Below, piece by piece: positions 11,601 to 23,093 of a stretch of DNA of 64,000 nt. The stretch is from Trichosphaerium sp. ATCC 40318. Taxonomy: Eukaryota; Protista; Tubulinea. Position 1 is the stretch's first letter. Each line of letters starts with the position of its first letter. Where the stretch lies: positions 1-64,000 of the forward strand of contig JALMLS010000621.1 in assembly GCA_038496445.1 (NCBI GenBank). The letters are read 5' to 3'. The translations under genes were made by a program, and so were the position numbers. The notes under the pieces are model-generated. The model was not told the origin of the DNA. It worked only from the letters and a program-made list of their open reading frames with translations, and ran no database searches.

Positions 11601-14600
11601 GCTATAATTGTTAGATCATATTGCTTGTATTACCGTACAAACTACTTTACATGTTCCTGGCATATCACCTAATAGCTTTTCAAGTCGAAGATAAACTGTA
11701 AATGTCTATGCAATGGTTAGAATGTAAATAAGAGAGTTGAATATACTTTGTTCAATTTTGGAGAAAACATTTCAATTCCATCGTATAACAGTTTGAGATC
11801 ATTCACAACATAACTCATTGCGTCTTCCATTTCAACATCTGTGGGAAGTACCATTAAAGTCATTTTTCCTTGCATTTCATCGCTATTAGGCATGTTCCAT
11901 ATCACAAGGTACATTGGTCCCAAACTTTCTTTTTTATCATAAGTAAAATCGTCATGACACAAATAAGCTACTAAAGATAAGAGAGTGTGATAAATGATAA
12001 CAATGTTAGGATACCTGCTAATTTGATATTGTTAGGTATGTTAGATACATCATCATACATATCCTTGTATCTAATTCCTGTTTCAGGCCCAGAAAAAATG
12101 TGTATTTTTTGTACATCTCCATTTACGTCAACCCTTGAAACTTTATGAGGATACTTGGAATTGTCATTGATGGTATTTCGATCATTTAAATGATACATGA
12201 GCAATCTAACATATTCAGATGGAGGGATGTAAGGAATTTCTATGGGTTTTTTCTTTTTTCTTTTTACGAATATTTTTTTCATTGTCAATTTTGGAGTGTA
12301 CTAGTAAAAATTAAATGGATACACTTGGATCATGGTATTATTCGTACTCTTTGAAATGCTTGTTTAGCCAACGATGGTGTTAGTTTAGTTTGATTTAATT
12401 TAATGTCAATGGAAGGTGTGAGAGAGGAGAATGCATTTGTACTTGAGGTGGACAATAATTTCGTTGTTATATTATAAAATTGCAACCACAGTTTTACATT
12501 TTCATCTGATAATTGTTGCTCTAATTGTAGCTTTCGTACAAGATATAACAGTTTATCAACGCTTGATGCCTTGAAAATAGATGGCATTGTTGTTTGTAGC
12601 CTGTTTTGTAATTCTAATTGCATTTGTTTTGTTACGTAAGTTGATGGAAATTGTTGTTGAGGTTGGATAGATTGTTGGCGTTGAATACTGACACTGTAAT
12701 TGCTCATTAAAATGGCGCTTTGCTGTTGAAAATCGTAAACATCTTCCATTAGTAAATCATCGTCATTTTGTAGGTTATACGCGGATTCGTTGGCTGTGAT
12801 ATCACAAGAAACAATTTCAGAGAGATTCTAAAAGAAAATTAGTTAAAACACTGAAAAAGAAGTAATTTTAATGCCAGCACGTTAGATTCGTTTGTTTGGG
12901 TGTAACGAAAGCGTAATGAAAAACATTTGTCACTTTTTTGATGACGAGCTAAATTAGAACGTGTCACAAGTGAACCACAAAGAGGACAGTTGATTGCGTT
13001 CATTTGTAAACACAATTTTACACTACATGTACTTTATTCAGTCAAACTGTTTAGACGTTGTTACAATTCTCATTTTTACATAATCTTTGAGCAATATAAT
13101 CTATTTTATACAAAGAGAATTACCTTATCCACGAATGGATCACATAGATGTAAGGTGTGGATCAGTTTCAACCAATCCTTTTGAAACCAATAACGTTTTG
13201 CAGTTTTTCTAAAGCCCTAAATCCTGAATCTGACAAGAAGCATGCTGAACAGACATGGTTGACGGAGAAAATACAGTTAAAGTCTCTTACCATTATATTG
13301 ATATTGTTCACTTCCATATTTAGTTGCTTGAAAAACAACTTACTTTCACTAGCCCTTGCAAGCGCGTAAACAACGCCAATACAAACCTTGATGTCATTTT
13401 TCGTGAAAAGTGCAGAGACATAATGTCTCTAAGGATCAATAATCTCTTCTGAGATTGTCACTGACTTCACAGTGAGTATAATTGTATCGCTATGTCAGAT
13501 ACTGGGCTGTGGAGCCCAAGTCACATTAAATTGGCTAAAACAGGAAGGAAATCCTATAACAAAAGGGTTAATAGCCTTTTTACACGCAAAAAGACGTTGT
13601 CAATGCACCTTTGTGACCACAAGTACTTTTAACAAGTGAAACACCATTTTATTGCCCGCACCTGCTTTCCAAGCCTTGCTAGTGCGACCATTGGCATTTC
13701 AGCCTATATTAATCACTACCAATGCATTCTTTGAACTGACATGTGTAACACGGAGGAGTGAGCTTGATACTGGGATTATATAGATGCCAGTAAAGCGTTT
13801 TAGCCAGACATGGGAACTTCATAAACACTTTGTACTTGAGTTGTACCATGTGGCGTTGTATTGTAGCACATAAATAAAAAAAACAAAGACAAAATTTGAT
13901 TAAGGCGTTTATTTTATGCACTTTTAGTCTCAGCACTTTTGCAATCATCTTCAATACCATCATCAAGCGCCTGCTCATCATTTGCGTTCACAGTGTCTAT
14001 TGCATTACCCATTTGCTGCGCATTATACTCATCTGCAGGTTCTGTACGCAGCTGGTCCATGATAGCGTGTATAAAGCTTGTAAAGCTGCGTTCTAGACCT
14101 GCATCGTCAGTGTTTGGGTCAAATCCGTTTAATTCACAAAATTCTATCCAGAATTGTTGGAAAACGGGGTTTCTACGCGACGTTGGAGGTGTGGAGTGCT
14201 AAATTGCGTTTTAGGGAGAAAAGTTGGAATACGCGCTCAAATTACGCGTACATCTTCATTGCGTTCAGGTACGGACATGGTGCAAGGTGTTTAGCGTATT
14301 TAATACAATAAACGTTGTTGCAACTTAAAAACTCAGAAACTTAAACAATACAGGAGGGCGCGGTCATTTATTGGTACATGTTTAAAGATAGCTCTGGCAT
14401 ATGAGCTAATAGGTTAAATGTTTTTTTTTGTTTCTAGTGACTAACACTAAAATTAGAACAACAACACAAAAAAATTGAAAAAATTGATTGTTCGAGCAAA
14501 CGCACGTTATGTATTTTCCCTCCAATTTTTTTTTCGGTTACAATGAACGCTAAAGTACGTTGCTTACCCCTAAATCTAGTTAATGCATTAAACAACAGTG

Positions 14601-17600
14601 ACTACGTACGTTTGCAATTGCAAATGATGTTCCGTAACTGTACACAGGCAAACAACCTACTGACAACGCTTGCCAAAGCCACGCAGGCAAAAGGAGGCCA
14701 ATCCTTTTCGGGGCACAGGCAAACGATGTCGAGTTGGCTTGTTTTTAGTTGATATGAAGTCATTGAAAAGTCATGACTTTTCATATCAGCCAAAAAACAC
14801 TAAAATGATGAATCGGAAGCGCAAATGTACGTATTTAGTGCAAAGAGCACATACAAACACAAAAAACGTACGTTTCTTTTTCTTTAAGGCGTTTTGTCCT
14901 AAAAAAAGTTATTTATCCCTTATTTTGCGTGTAATCAACGCTAAACGCTATATCTACGCGTATTTTGGCCATTTTATTCACTTGTGCACAATTTATGTGC
15001 TAAAACATTGTTTGTTTTCCGTTTTGCGCATTATCGACACTAAACGCTCTATCTACGCGTATTTTGGCCATCTTATTCACTTACGCACAATTTATGTGCT
15101 AAAACATTGTTTGTTTTTCATTTTGCGCGTTATCGACACTAAACGCTCTATCTACGCGTATTTTGGCCATTTTATCTCCTTGTCTATTTTTTTTGTTGTT
15201 ATATCTCTGTTTGCTGTTGTCTTATTATTTGTAGGTTTAGCCTTGGACAATCTCTTACTGTGTGGTTGGTTGTACTCACGTTTATGTAGATAATATGAAT
15301 CCTAGTGTTAGAAGAAGGACAAGGCGAAAACGAACTGCCATTTTAGCAACAATAAAAAAACTGTTGCAAGAAGAAGTGCAGGTATTGTCAAAGAACAAAG
15401 ATGCCACCATTGCAGTCCTTTCTTTTAAACCTGTTACCTCTGATCTATATGGCTCAATAGTTTATACCTGTGACAAGATTGAAAACACTGTGTAAGAGAA
15501 TTTTGGTGTTTTATCTCATTTCATTTTAGGTTTTTCAGTATGTTTGATGTGAGAAAAGGGATTGTTTCATTTTACGGAAAAGAGTCAAAAGATTCGCAAC
15601 AAATATTTGACGTTTGTAGAGACAGTAAGTGCACACATTCTCTAATTGGTTATTTATTTACTTGTGATGTTGTAGGGCATTATGTTGCCAACAATGATGG
15701 TGTCAGTGATGATACCTTCAATGACGCCAATGACAAAGTCAGCCTCAGAAATGATGGCAGCTCCAAAGATGGCTTCAATGACTGTGGCAGCGTCAGTAAC
15801 AACAACAGCTCCATTGACAGCTCCAATGACGCCAATGACAGTGTCAGTGATGACAATGACTCCAATGACGGCTGTGACAGTGTCAGTAACGATGACAGCT
15901 CCAATGACGCCAATGACAGTGCCAGTGATGCCAATGACGGCTGTGACAGTGTCAATAACAATGACAGCTTCGATGGTCGTGCCAATGACTGTGACAGCGT
16001 CAATAACAACAACAGCTCCAATGATGCCAATGACAGTGCCAGTGATGACTGTGACTCCAATGGCGGCTGTAACAGTGTCAGTAACGATGACAGCTTCAGT
16101 GTCAGCTCCAATGACGCCAATGAGAGTGCCAATGATGTCAATGACTCCAATGACGGCTGTGACAGTGTCAGTAACGATGACAGCTCCAATGACGCCAATG
16201 ACAGTGCCAGTGATGTCAATGACTCCAATGACGGCTTTGTCAGCATGAATGACAATGACAGCTCCAGTGGCAGCGTAAATGACGCCAATGAGAGTGCCGA
16301 TGATGTCAATGACTCCAGTGACGGCTTTGTCAGCATGAATGACAATGACAGCTCCAGTGGCAGCGTAAATGACACCAATGAGAGTGCCGATGATGTCAAT
16401 GACTCCAATGACGGCTGTGACAGTGTCAGTAGCGATGACAGCTCCAATGACGCCAGTGACAGTGCCAATGATGCCAATGACTCCAATGACGGCTTTGCCA
16501 GCATGAATGACAATGACAGCTCCAGTGGCAGCGTAAATGAGAGGTATTATTGTCAACAACTCTATTTTGTATTAATTTGAAAATAGTGGCACACAACTTG
16601 CAGCTGTCCAAAAACAAGCGCTGATAAACATCTTGAAAGAACAATTTAGTGTTGAACTGACAGCAAACTGTCCTATTCGTGCCATCACTGCAACAATCTT
16701 AGGCTTGGATGATGTTGAGACCAAAAAATTGAATGCCTTGTTCTTGCAGTAAGTAGTTTTTTTTTGTGGTAATTCATTTCTTTGACGTCAATTAAGGCCT
16801 GAAGCAAAAGCTAAACAACACATCATGAAAACAGTTAAACACAAATTGCTTAACATCAGAAACGTGTGGACACCAGCAACAAGACTCATCATAAACGACG
16901 TTGGTATGGATCAAATGAGCATTGAAACAACAACAACAGGACGGAAACATCCAACTGGCAGGTATGTAATACTTAGAGTTATTGTATTTTATTGACAGGC
17001 TCAGGATTACGTCAGCTATTCATCCCAAAGATGGCGGTCACATATTCTCTGGCAATCTGTTTACATGTAATATGGAAACAGACGCTGTTCCTGTTGGCAT
17101 AATACCTCTTATTTTTTTATGTTTAACACACGCTGAAATCAAAAATGGGTACAACTTAAAGGAAATAGCCCAAAAGAATGTCAAGAACTCATTTGACTTA
17201 TCTATTTCTTGTCATGTGTATCCAGGAGTATCAGCTGATGTTAAAACAAAGAATAAGAAAGCAACAGGCTTAGTATATCACCAAGACAAAAGCCCGTCTT
17301 ATGGCAACCAAAAAGAGGTAAATTTGATTTTTATTGTAGCTATTTAACCAATTTCGTAGGTTGCTGTACTCACTGTATATGACTTTGCTGAAGTAAGCTA
17401 TCCCAAAAAACTTATTGATCCTAACATAGAGTGCTTTGACAAGTTTCAGTTACATTATAGTGTAATGAATGGCAAAACGCCTGTTTCAACCACTAAAATT
17501 TCATCAACTCCAAACAGCGTCATTTACGCGCCTCCAGAATGTCAACAAGGCAATGTAAATCACAAGTACAAAACCGTTATGGTTGAATGCCATTGATATT

Positions 17601-20600
17601 CTTTTTAGAGCCACCATTTCAAGCGAGTATGTAAAGAAAATATGGGCCATAAGAGTGTTCAACTACGCATTGTTCCGTGAAGAGTGTGCAAACAACAAAA
17701 TTGGAAGATATGACATCTTCAAGCCATTGACAGACCTTTTGTGTGATCCACATCTGAAGGAAGCTGTCATTCGACAATTTGGAGGTGAAAAAAAAAAGCC
17801 AAAACTGAAATCAAACCCAAAAAAAGATGATACTGTTGAAGGTGATGTCGCTTCTGTCAAGTGCGAGCAACGATCAACTTGAACAATGTGGTTACATTAA
17901 TTTTTATTTAGACAATGTCAGCAAGTACGAGATACTGTAGACAGATTTAATAACATGAGGATGTGCTTGTTTAAAAATCCTTTACAGATATATTGTATTG
18001 ACTGCAACAAAACGTTTGTTAATTTTGCAAACCATTTGAGAGACAGCGACACCTGCGCTAAAACTGGTTATTACGGACCATTTTTGCGAAACAAAAAGGC
18101 TTGTGTCTGTGTCAATGTAGCGGAGCTATCAATATGCAGATTTAGACGGAATAGGTATGCTGTGTTGAAATTTTCCAAAACTAATGTTATTTTTGCAGTT
18201 GTACTGACTTTGCAAGCAACGGAATAGCAGCAAAGTATCCAGTAGACTCTTTGAAGATTGATTTTGCCAGTGCCAGATCTTGTAATTTCTTGTTTGAAAC
18301 AGATGAGTTGACGTACTTTACCACAACTGGCATAGGCGGAATGGAAATAATACGAAACAAAGCTCAAAGAACTCACCCAGATGTACCAGCTCCTTCAAGA
18401 CAGAAACAACAATTTTGATTGGACTTGTGCTTCAAATACAGAAATCCCGTGCGCGTGTTGGCTGTTTGTGGAGTCAATTACGCCAGTATTGGTGTTTGGG
18501 TGTGTTGTTTTAAAAGGTACATAAGTCTGCAACTGATGTAATTGTAATATACACCATTTAGAGGCTATACAATGAAGAATAATTGCAACGTCACAGTGTA
18601 TTCATTTTGTCCTTTGAAAATGTACGTCATTGGAGATCCTCAGGCTATAGAAGCAGCAGTGGACAGTAAAGAAACTGCCAGATTGAAACCTATATTGTAA
18701 TAGTCAACGCATGTAGCAAATCATAATAAATAGAATCCATGTCATCGCTTCCGTCTAGAAAAAGGCGTCGCATAGTAAATACTATCTCAGAACTTGATGT
18801 GGATGAAATTGATTTGAAATTGGTGGTAGAACTTTGCCAAAGTACCTCTATCACTCCGAATGATTTAGAACAGTTCTTATAATTGTAGATGGCTTTAAAA
18901 CAATACTCCGAGTTTTAAAAGCTCAAGATGACCTACTTTCAATATTAAAGTGCGATTTAAACAAAACAGCGAACAACGTAGAAGCTTTGAAGCTCTCTTT
19001 GGGAAGTAAGTCAAAAGCAAAAGTACGTTCTGAACATTTTCAACTATTGCTGTATCGTTTGTTTACCTTGTGTGCCAGGCTTGGAAAGGTGCTATGCTTC
19101 AAAAATATCTGTGGACAACAGGGAAGTTTGCTGATATTGAACGCGGAGCCAAACTGTTAGTTGATATACAACAAGTGTACAAAGAAATGACGCTAAGCAA
19201 TGATGTATCTCAATGTGCGAACGAAATGGACAAATACAGAAAAGGGGTTTTTAGACCTTTTACCAAAATTTACAATCACTTTATGGAATGCGCATCTACT
19301 TCTGCAGAACATATAGAGACAAACAGTACGAAATGTGATTTTATTTGGTTTTTTTTTAGCCTTACAATACTCTTTAGCGCATAAACTGGTGGCATGTGCT
19401 GAAATTACGCTTAGTAAATGGTTTAAAGACCCGTCTGATGGCTTTTATTTGCAAGCGTTCGATTACATTAAATCGGTATTTTTGGCGTTTTTTCTTGTTA
19501 TTGAAATGATACTAATACGTTTGTGATAGAAGATAAAAATGTATTTGGACAAGAACAACGCCCACCCATTCAACCAAGAGACTTACAATCAATTTAAAAC
19601 AGAAAATCCTGATGTTGTTCGCATTACGTTCGCTGTACACAATATTGTTACTGGCTCATTTTTTAATTAGCGACTGTGAAAACTATCGACACAATAAGTG
19701 TATCTTCATCTTTGAACCAATTGGGCCTAGATTAACCCAGTATGATATGCCAGAGCCAGCATCACTACGTCAACAACAAACGCAGGTTAGTTATTGAATT
19801 TTCTGGTTAAATCAAAAACTTAATTGGTTTAGCATTCAAACAGACGTCCAACACAAACACATCATACTAATATGAACCAAATTGATGTTGTTTCAAACCT
19901 ACGATCAAATGTCGCCTTAAATCAACAACGTGAAAGTGCACAAAATGAACAAAACAACCAAGCCTCCAATCAACCTCGTAGAACTCCCTCAAATGAACGC
20001 TACAGTCAAAGCCGAAATCAATCTCACAGAGTTTCTTCAAATGAACGCTACAGCCAAGGCCTGAATCAACTTGAAAGGACTCCTTCTGGTGAACGCTACA
20101 GTCAAAGCCGGAATCAATCTCACAGAGTCTCTTCAAATGAACGCTACAGCCAAGGCCTGAATCAACTTGAAAGAACTCCTTCTAGTGAACGCTACAGCCA
20201 AAGCTTGGATCAACTTCGCAGAACTCCCTTTAATGAACGTTACAGCCAAAGCTCAATGCAACATTTGACAACTGGCATTCAACATCAAAGAGTAACATCA
20301 AACCAAAATCACAGAAGACAACGTTCAATCTCACAACATGACAACCATGTACATGAGCAATCTGACTTGGAGCACAGTAGTTCATCACATGATGAGTCTT
20401 CTAGGGTATATTATTTTCATTCTTTGTTGTTTTTCACTAACTTTTCAATAGAATTACCAATTGTCATTTCCTAACAAAAAACAGCCTGGCTCTGGCTCTT
20501 TGTTGGATTCAAAAGATGAAGAATCTTCAGACATACACGTAAGATGAATCTTTACTGTGACATTTTAATGTATTTTTAGTTCTTTATACCAAAAACCACT

Positions 20601-22829
20601 GAAATGTATATTGAAGGCGACTACGACAAAACGCCATTGTTTGTAGGGGATTTTTTGCCCTTATTTTGTGGCAAAGATTACTTATTTACTGCCAATGTCC
20701 TCTTTGCTCTTATAAAAAGAGTTTACAATGCAAAGTTGCTTGATAACAGCATTTTTCCGCCACCTACAAAGGTATGACAGTATCAAAAAAAAATGATGCT
20801 AACTAACGATGTTAGGCTTTGTCTCATGTGAGTACAAGTTCTTGGATCGCACCAATTCCTGTTCAACACTTAGAAAACAACGACGTCATAATTTGCAACG
20901 CCCCCACACTTGATGGGCTTGGAATCCAAAAAAAATGGTAAAGTATATTCAAGTAAATATGCTTTAACATTTATTGTAGGTTTTGGACAGCACTCATAAA
21001 ACACAAAAAACAATATGTCTTTGTAGGTATGTTATTTGTATTATTTAAAATTGTTTACAAGCATTACGTTGTTAATCATTTGCTTAGCATCAAGCACATT
21101 ATTTGAACAAAGCAAAAAGGTTGTTTTACAATCGTTATCTGTTCCAAAAACTAAAATAGTCTATGACTTTACCTTACGAAATTGCAACACACACGGAGGA
21201 ACAGGCATAGGAATTATCAAAGCAATTACAAAATATGATAATTCAAAAGGCAAAATCTTTTACAATCAAATAAGCACCATGCAAGGCAAGCACGAACAAT
21301 TAAAAAAGTATACAGAGTACTTTAAAATTAAAAAAAATGGAGGACAACTACTACAACAATACAGTTTGTGTACGTGATAGCTCTTACCATTTGCTGAATG
21401 CGAATTTTCTTACTTGTTATTGTTTTAGTACAATTTGATGCTACTACATTGAATGATATTTTTTCAGACTATGCTGATGACACTAGCGATGACTATTGTT
21501 TTGACAAGTGATGTATTTGTATATTGTTTTGTACAATTGTTGTAGTAAATTTTGTTGAGAAACGTCTTCAATTTTTTTGAGAAAACACTAGAGATTTCCT
21601 TGAAAAAACACCAGAAATTTCTTTGAGAAAACACCAGAGATTTCCTTGAGAAAACACCAGAGATTTCCTTGAGAAAACACTAGAGATTTCCTTGAGAAAA
21701 CACCAGAAATTTCCTTGAGAAAACACCAGAGATTTCCTTGAGAAAACACCAGAGATTTCCTTGAAAAAACACCAAAGATTTCCTTGAGAAAACACCAGAG
21801 ATTTCCTAGAGAAAACACCAGAGATTTTCCAAAGAAAACACTAGAGATTTCCTTGTGTTTTTCACTGGTGATTTTCTAGAGAATTCTCAGGTTATTTTAG
21901 GAAGAAATTCACCGAGATTGGTGGTCCAAAATCTCTGAGATTTTAGGGGGTGAATCTCTTGATTTTTCTCAATTTTTTTTAGTACTGTCCTAGTAAAGGG
22001 CTCTCGCATTACCTCAAGGAATGTGCTGTCATACACCTTTGGAGAGTACCCACCATAGATCTTTCGAAAATGGCCTTTTCCATCCATTATGGCCATGTAT
22101 CGTCTTCCAGGAGCATTCAGTTTGTATGACCATAGGTCACTCTTTCTAGATGTGGTGCGTTTGCCTGTTAGCCTAAAGTCTGAAGAATCCATCCATAAAT
22201 TAACAGCTTTAAGTAGTTCCGGTTTCTTAACGTTCCTTGCTGCCGCTGTCCAGTCGCTGGCTGTACCCACCACAAGCACTGTATTTGCCCAGGCATAAAG
22301 AACTTCTCTAATTTTGTACACGTTGTGTTGTACAGAATTGTTGCCTATTTTGATCCAATTTTTTGTTTTTTGGCGTAAGTGAGACATGCCAATACCAACC
22401 AAATCAAGGTAAAGTGTAAAGACCAACATTTTGGCTAAAAAACCACGTGATCTCTCAAGAGCCCACAAAATAGGCTCATGCTTTTCAACATATGCCTGCA
22501 TTGCCCAAAACGTTGTTCGGGAAAGTTTTTTGTGCACGTGGTCACGAGCTGAGTAGTAAGAAAGCATTTTATGATAGAGATAAGTGAACAAAAAAATGTG
22601 CGACTTATCCACATAGAGATAGCCAGCCAAAAATTTTTGCGGGTTATCCCTCATTATTTAAATGTTTGACTTGGAGGGCACGCAATAACATAAATACCAC
22701 CCTCTTTTGTTGATTAATCACGTGATAACTGATGCCTTTACCAAAATCGGCGCTCACGCAAATGCTCACTGTGATAAATATGCCAACCGCGAATATCATC
22801 GCATAGCTTCTTGGTAGTCTTGTTAGCAA
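8604..22829 (-). CDS. Putative small secreted protein whose first intron contains the nested transposons
   Basis: Exon 1 (~22800-22697) has a signal-peptide-like MIFAVGIFITVSICVSA followed by a GT donor. Small AG/GT-bounded exons at ~8970-8951 and ~8830-8604 read openly to QFQCSCL*. The joins are tentative. Confidence 0.35.
9102..9418 (-). pseudogene. Harbinger-type DDE transposase, 3' part (interrupted)
   Basis: TFEGATIIADNHF (second D)...YNAAIRTFRARVECPFGQIKNKF (E)...AAAVHNLTR*; missed by the ORF track. Confidence 0.85.
9440..9672. repeat. Left subterminal repeats (AAATCTC motif; ~30-bp tandem units)
   Basis: Repeated TTTTGAGAATTTTGGArAAAATCTC. Confidence 0.85.
9737..13003 (-). CDS. EnSpm/CACTA-like DDE transposase with N-terminal zinc finger, multi-exon
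   Basis: MNAINCPLCGS..NLARHQKSDKC; LCHDDF..SLGPMYLVIWNMP; LGDMPG; LPCRVC; CPFHNIILG; PNFHAILHHEESIKMFG; CESKHKKIK. Confidence 0.8.
13050..14278 (-). CDS. Transposon cargo gene 1, unknown function (multi-exon, possibly decayed)
   Basis: MSVPERNED spliced to HSTPPTSRRNPVFQQFWIEFCELNGFDP..; acidic segment; downstream exons uncertain. Confidence 0.4.
14923..15175. repeat. 99-bp tandem repeat, ~2.5 copies
   Basis: Units start at 14923, 15022 and 15121 (TTTTGCG...CTAAACGCT.TATCTACGCGTATTTTGGCCAT). Confidence 0.9.
15294..17950 (+). CDS. Transposon cargo gene 2 with an Asn/Asp/Ser low-complexity repeat domain, multi-exon (may start at 14543)
   Basis: Basic N-terminus MNPSVRRRTRRKR, GT-AG-bounded exons, ~280-aa ND/DS repeat exon (15677-16543), further open exons to ~17950. 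Confidence 0.55.
17955..18700 (+). CDS. Transposon cargo gene 3, small Cys-rich/zinc-finger protein (possibly pseudogene)
   Basis: YCIDCNKTFVNFANHLRDSDTC zinc-finger-like motif; a later exon has an in-frame stop. Confidence 0.35.
18739..21511 (+). CDS. Transposon cargo gene 4: 16-aa NERYSQ repeats plus a possible degenerate Ulp1-like C-terminal domain, multi-exon
   Basis: ATG 18739 with NLS-like RKRRR; series of GT-AG exons; 48-bp coding repeats at ~19992-20250; TGA at 21509-21511. Confidence 0.55.
21570..21900. repeat. Right subterminal repeats (22-23-bp GAGATTTCCTTGAGAAAACACCA units)
   Basis: About a dozen head-to-tail copies; core GAGATTT is the reverse complement of the left-end AAATCTC. 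Confidence 0.92.
21988..22567 (-). pseudogene. Harbinger-type DDE transposase, 5' part (interrupted)
   Basis: LWMDSSDF (first D), WSYKLNAPG, GGYSPKVYDS. The frame continues at 9418 once the insertion is removed. Confidence 0.85.
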
Positions 22830-23093
22830 CCGTTAAACGCGCAACAAGCGAAAAATGACTGAACATGGTTTATATTGCAATATGACGCGTATTTTATTAA
22901 TAGATTAACAGAAAACAACGCACAAATAACTCGTGAGTGTTCTCTAACAAACCTCCGAAAAACTCGCTACCTCCACGCTTCAATGCTAAAATATATCCGT
23001 AAAATAACTTTAATAATGAAGACGACAAGCTGTATTGCAAGAGAAGGAGTGTGAGAGCGAGAGTTTCCGCGTGAGATCCTTTCACTGAAATAT

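Larger units (their letters stand above)
9421..21987. mobile_element. EnSpm/CACTA-type (CMC) multi-gene DNA transposon, 12,567 bp
   Basis: TIR CAGTACTAAAA...TTTTAGTACTG; TC duplicated at 9419-9420 and 21988-21989; subterminal repeat arrays at both ends; internal EnSpm-like transposase. Confidence 0.9.
8987..22652 (-). mobile_element. PIF/Harbinger (PHIS/IS5-like) DNA transposon, ~1.1 kb once the nested insertion is removed
   Basis: ~41-bp TIRs GAGGGATAACCyGCAwAAwTTTTyGGCTGGCTATCTCTATG at 8987 and 22652; ATT duplicated on both flanks; single DDE ORF. Confidence 0.9.

Noticed and set aside
14670-15293. 207-aa ORF with 33-aa repeats
   Set aside because: TTG start, hydrophobic translation of T-rich DNA, open only because the repeat period is 99 bp.
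15654-16559. Long alternative-frame ORFs (Val/Ile/Gly-, Leu/Ser- and Met/Thr-rich)
   Set aside because: Shadows of the low-complexity repeat; only the N/D/S frame joins the flanking exons via splice sites.
21570-21860. Regular 22-23-bp repeats resembling a CRISPR array; ORFs 21568-21795 and 21588-21818
   Set aside because: Head-to-tail units with no unique spacers and no cas genes, in a eukaryote. They are transposon subterminal repeats and the ORFs are by-products.
21887-22654. Tracked 255-aa ORF as a complete transposase
   Set aside because: Its start lies in the TIR/TSD and its last ~33 aa read into the inserted element; the true C-terminus is at 9418-9102.
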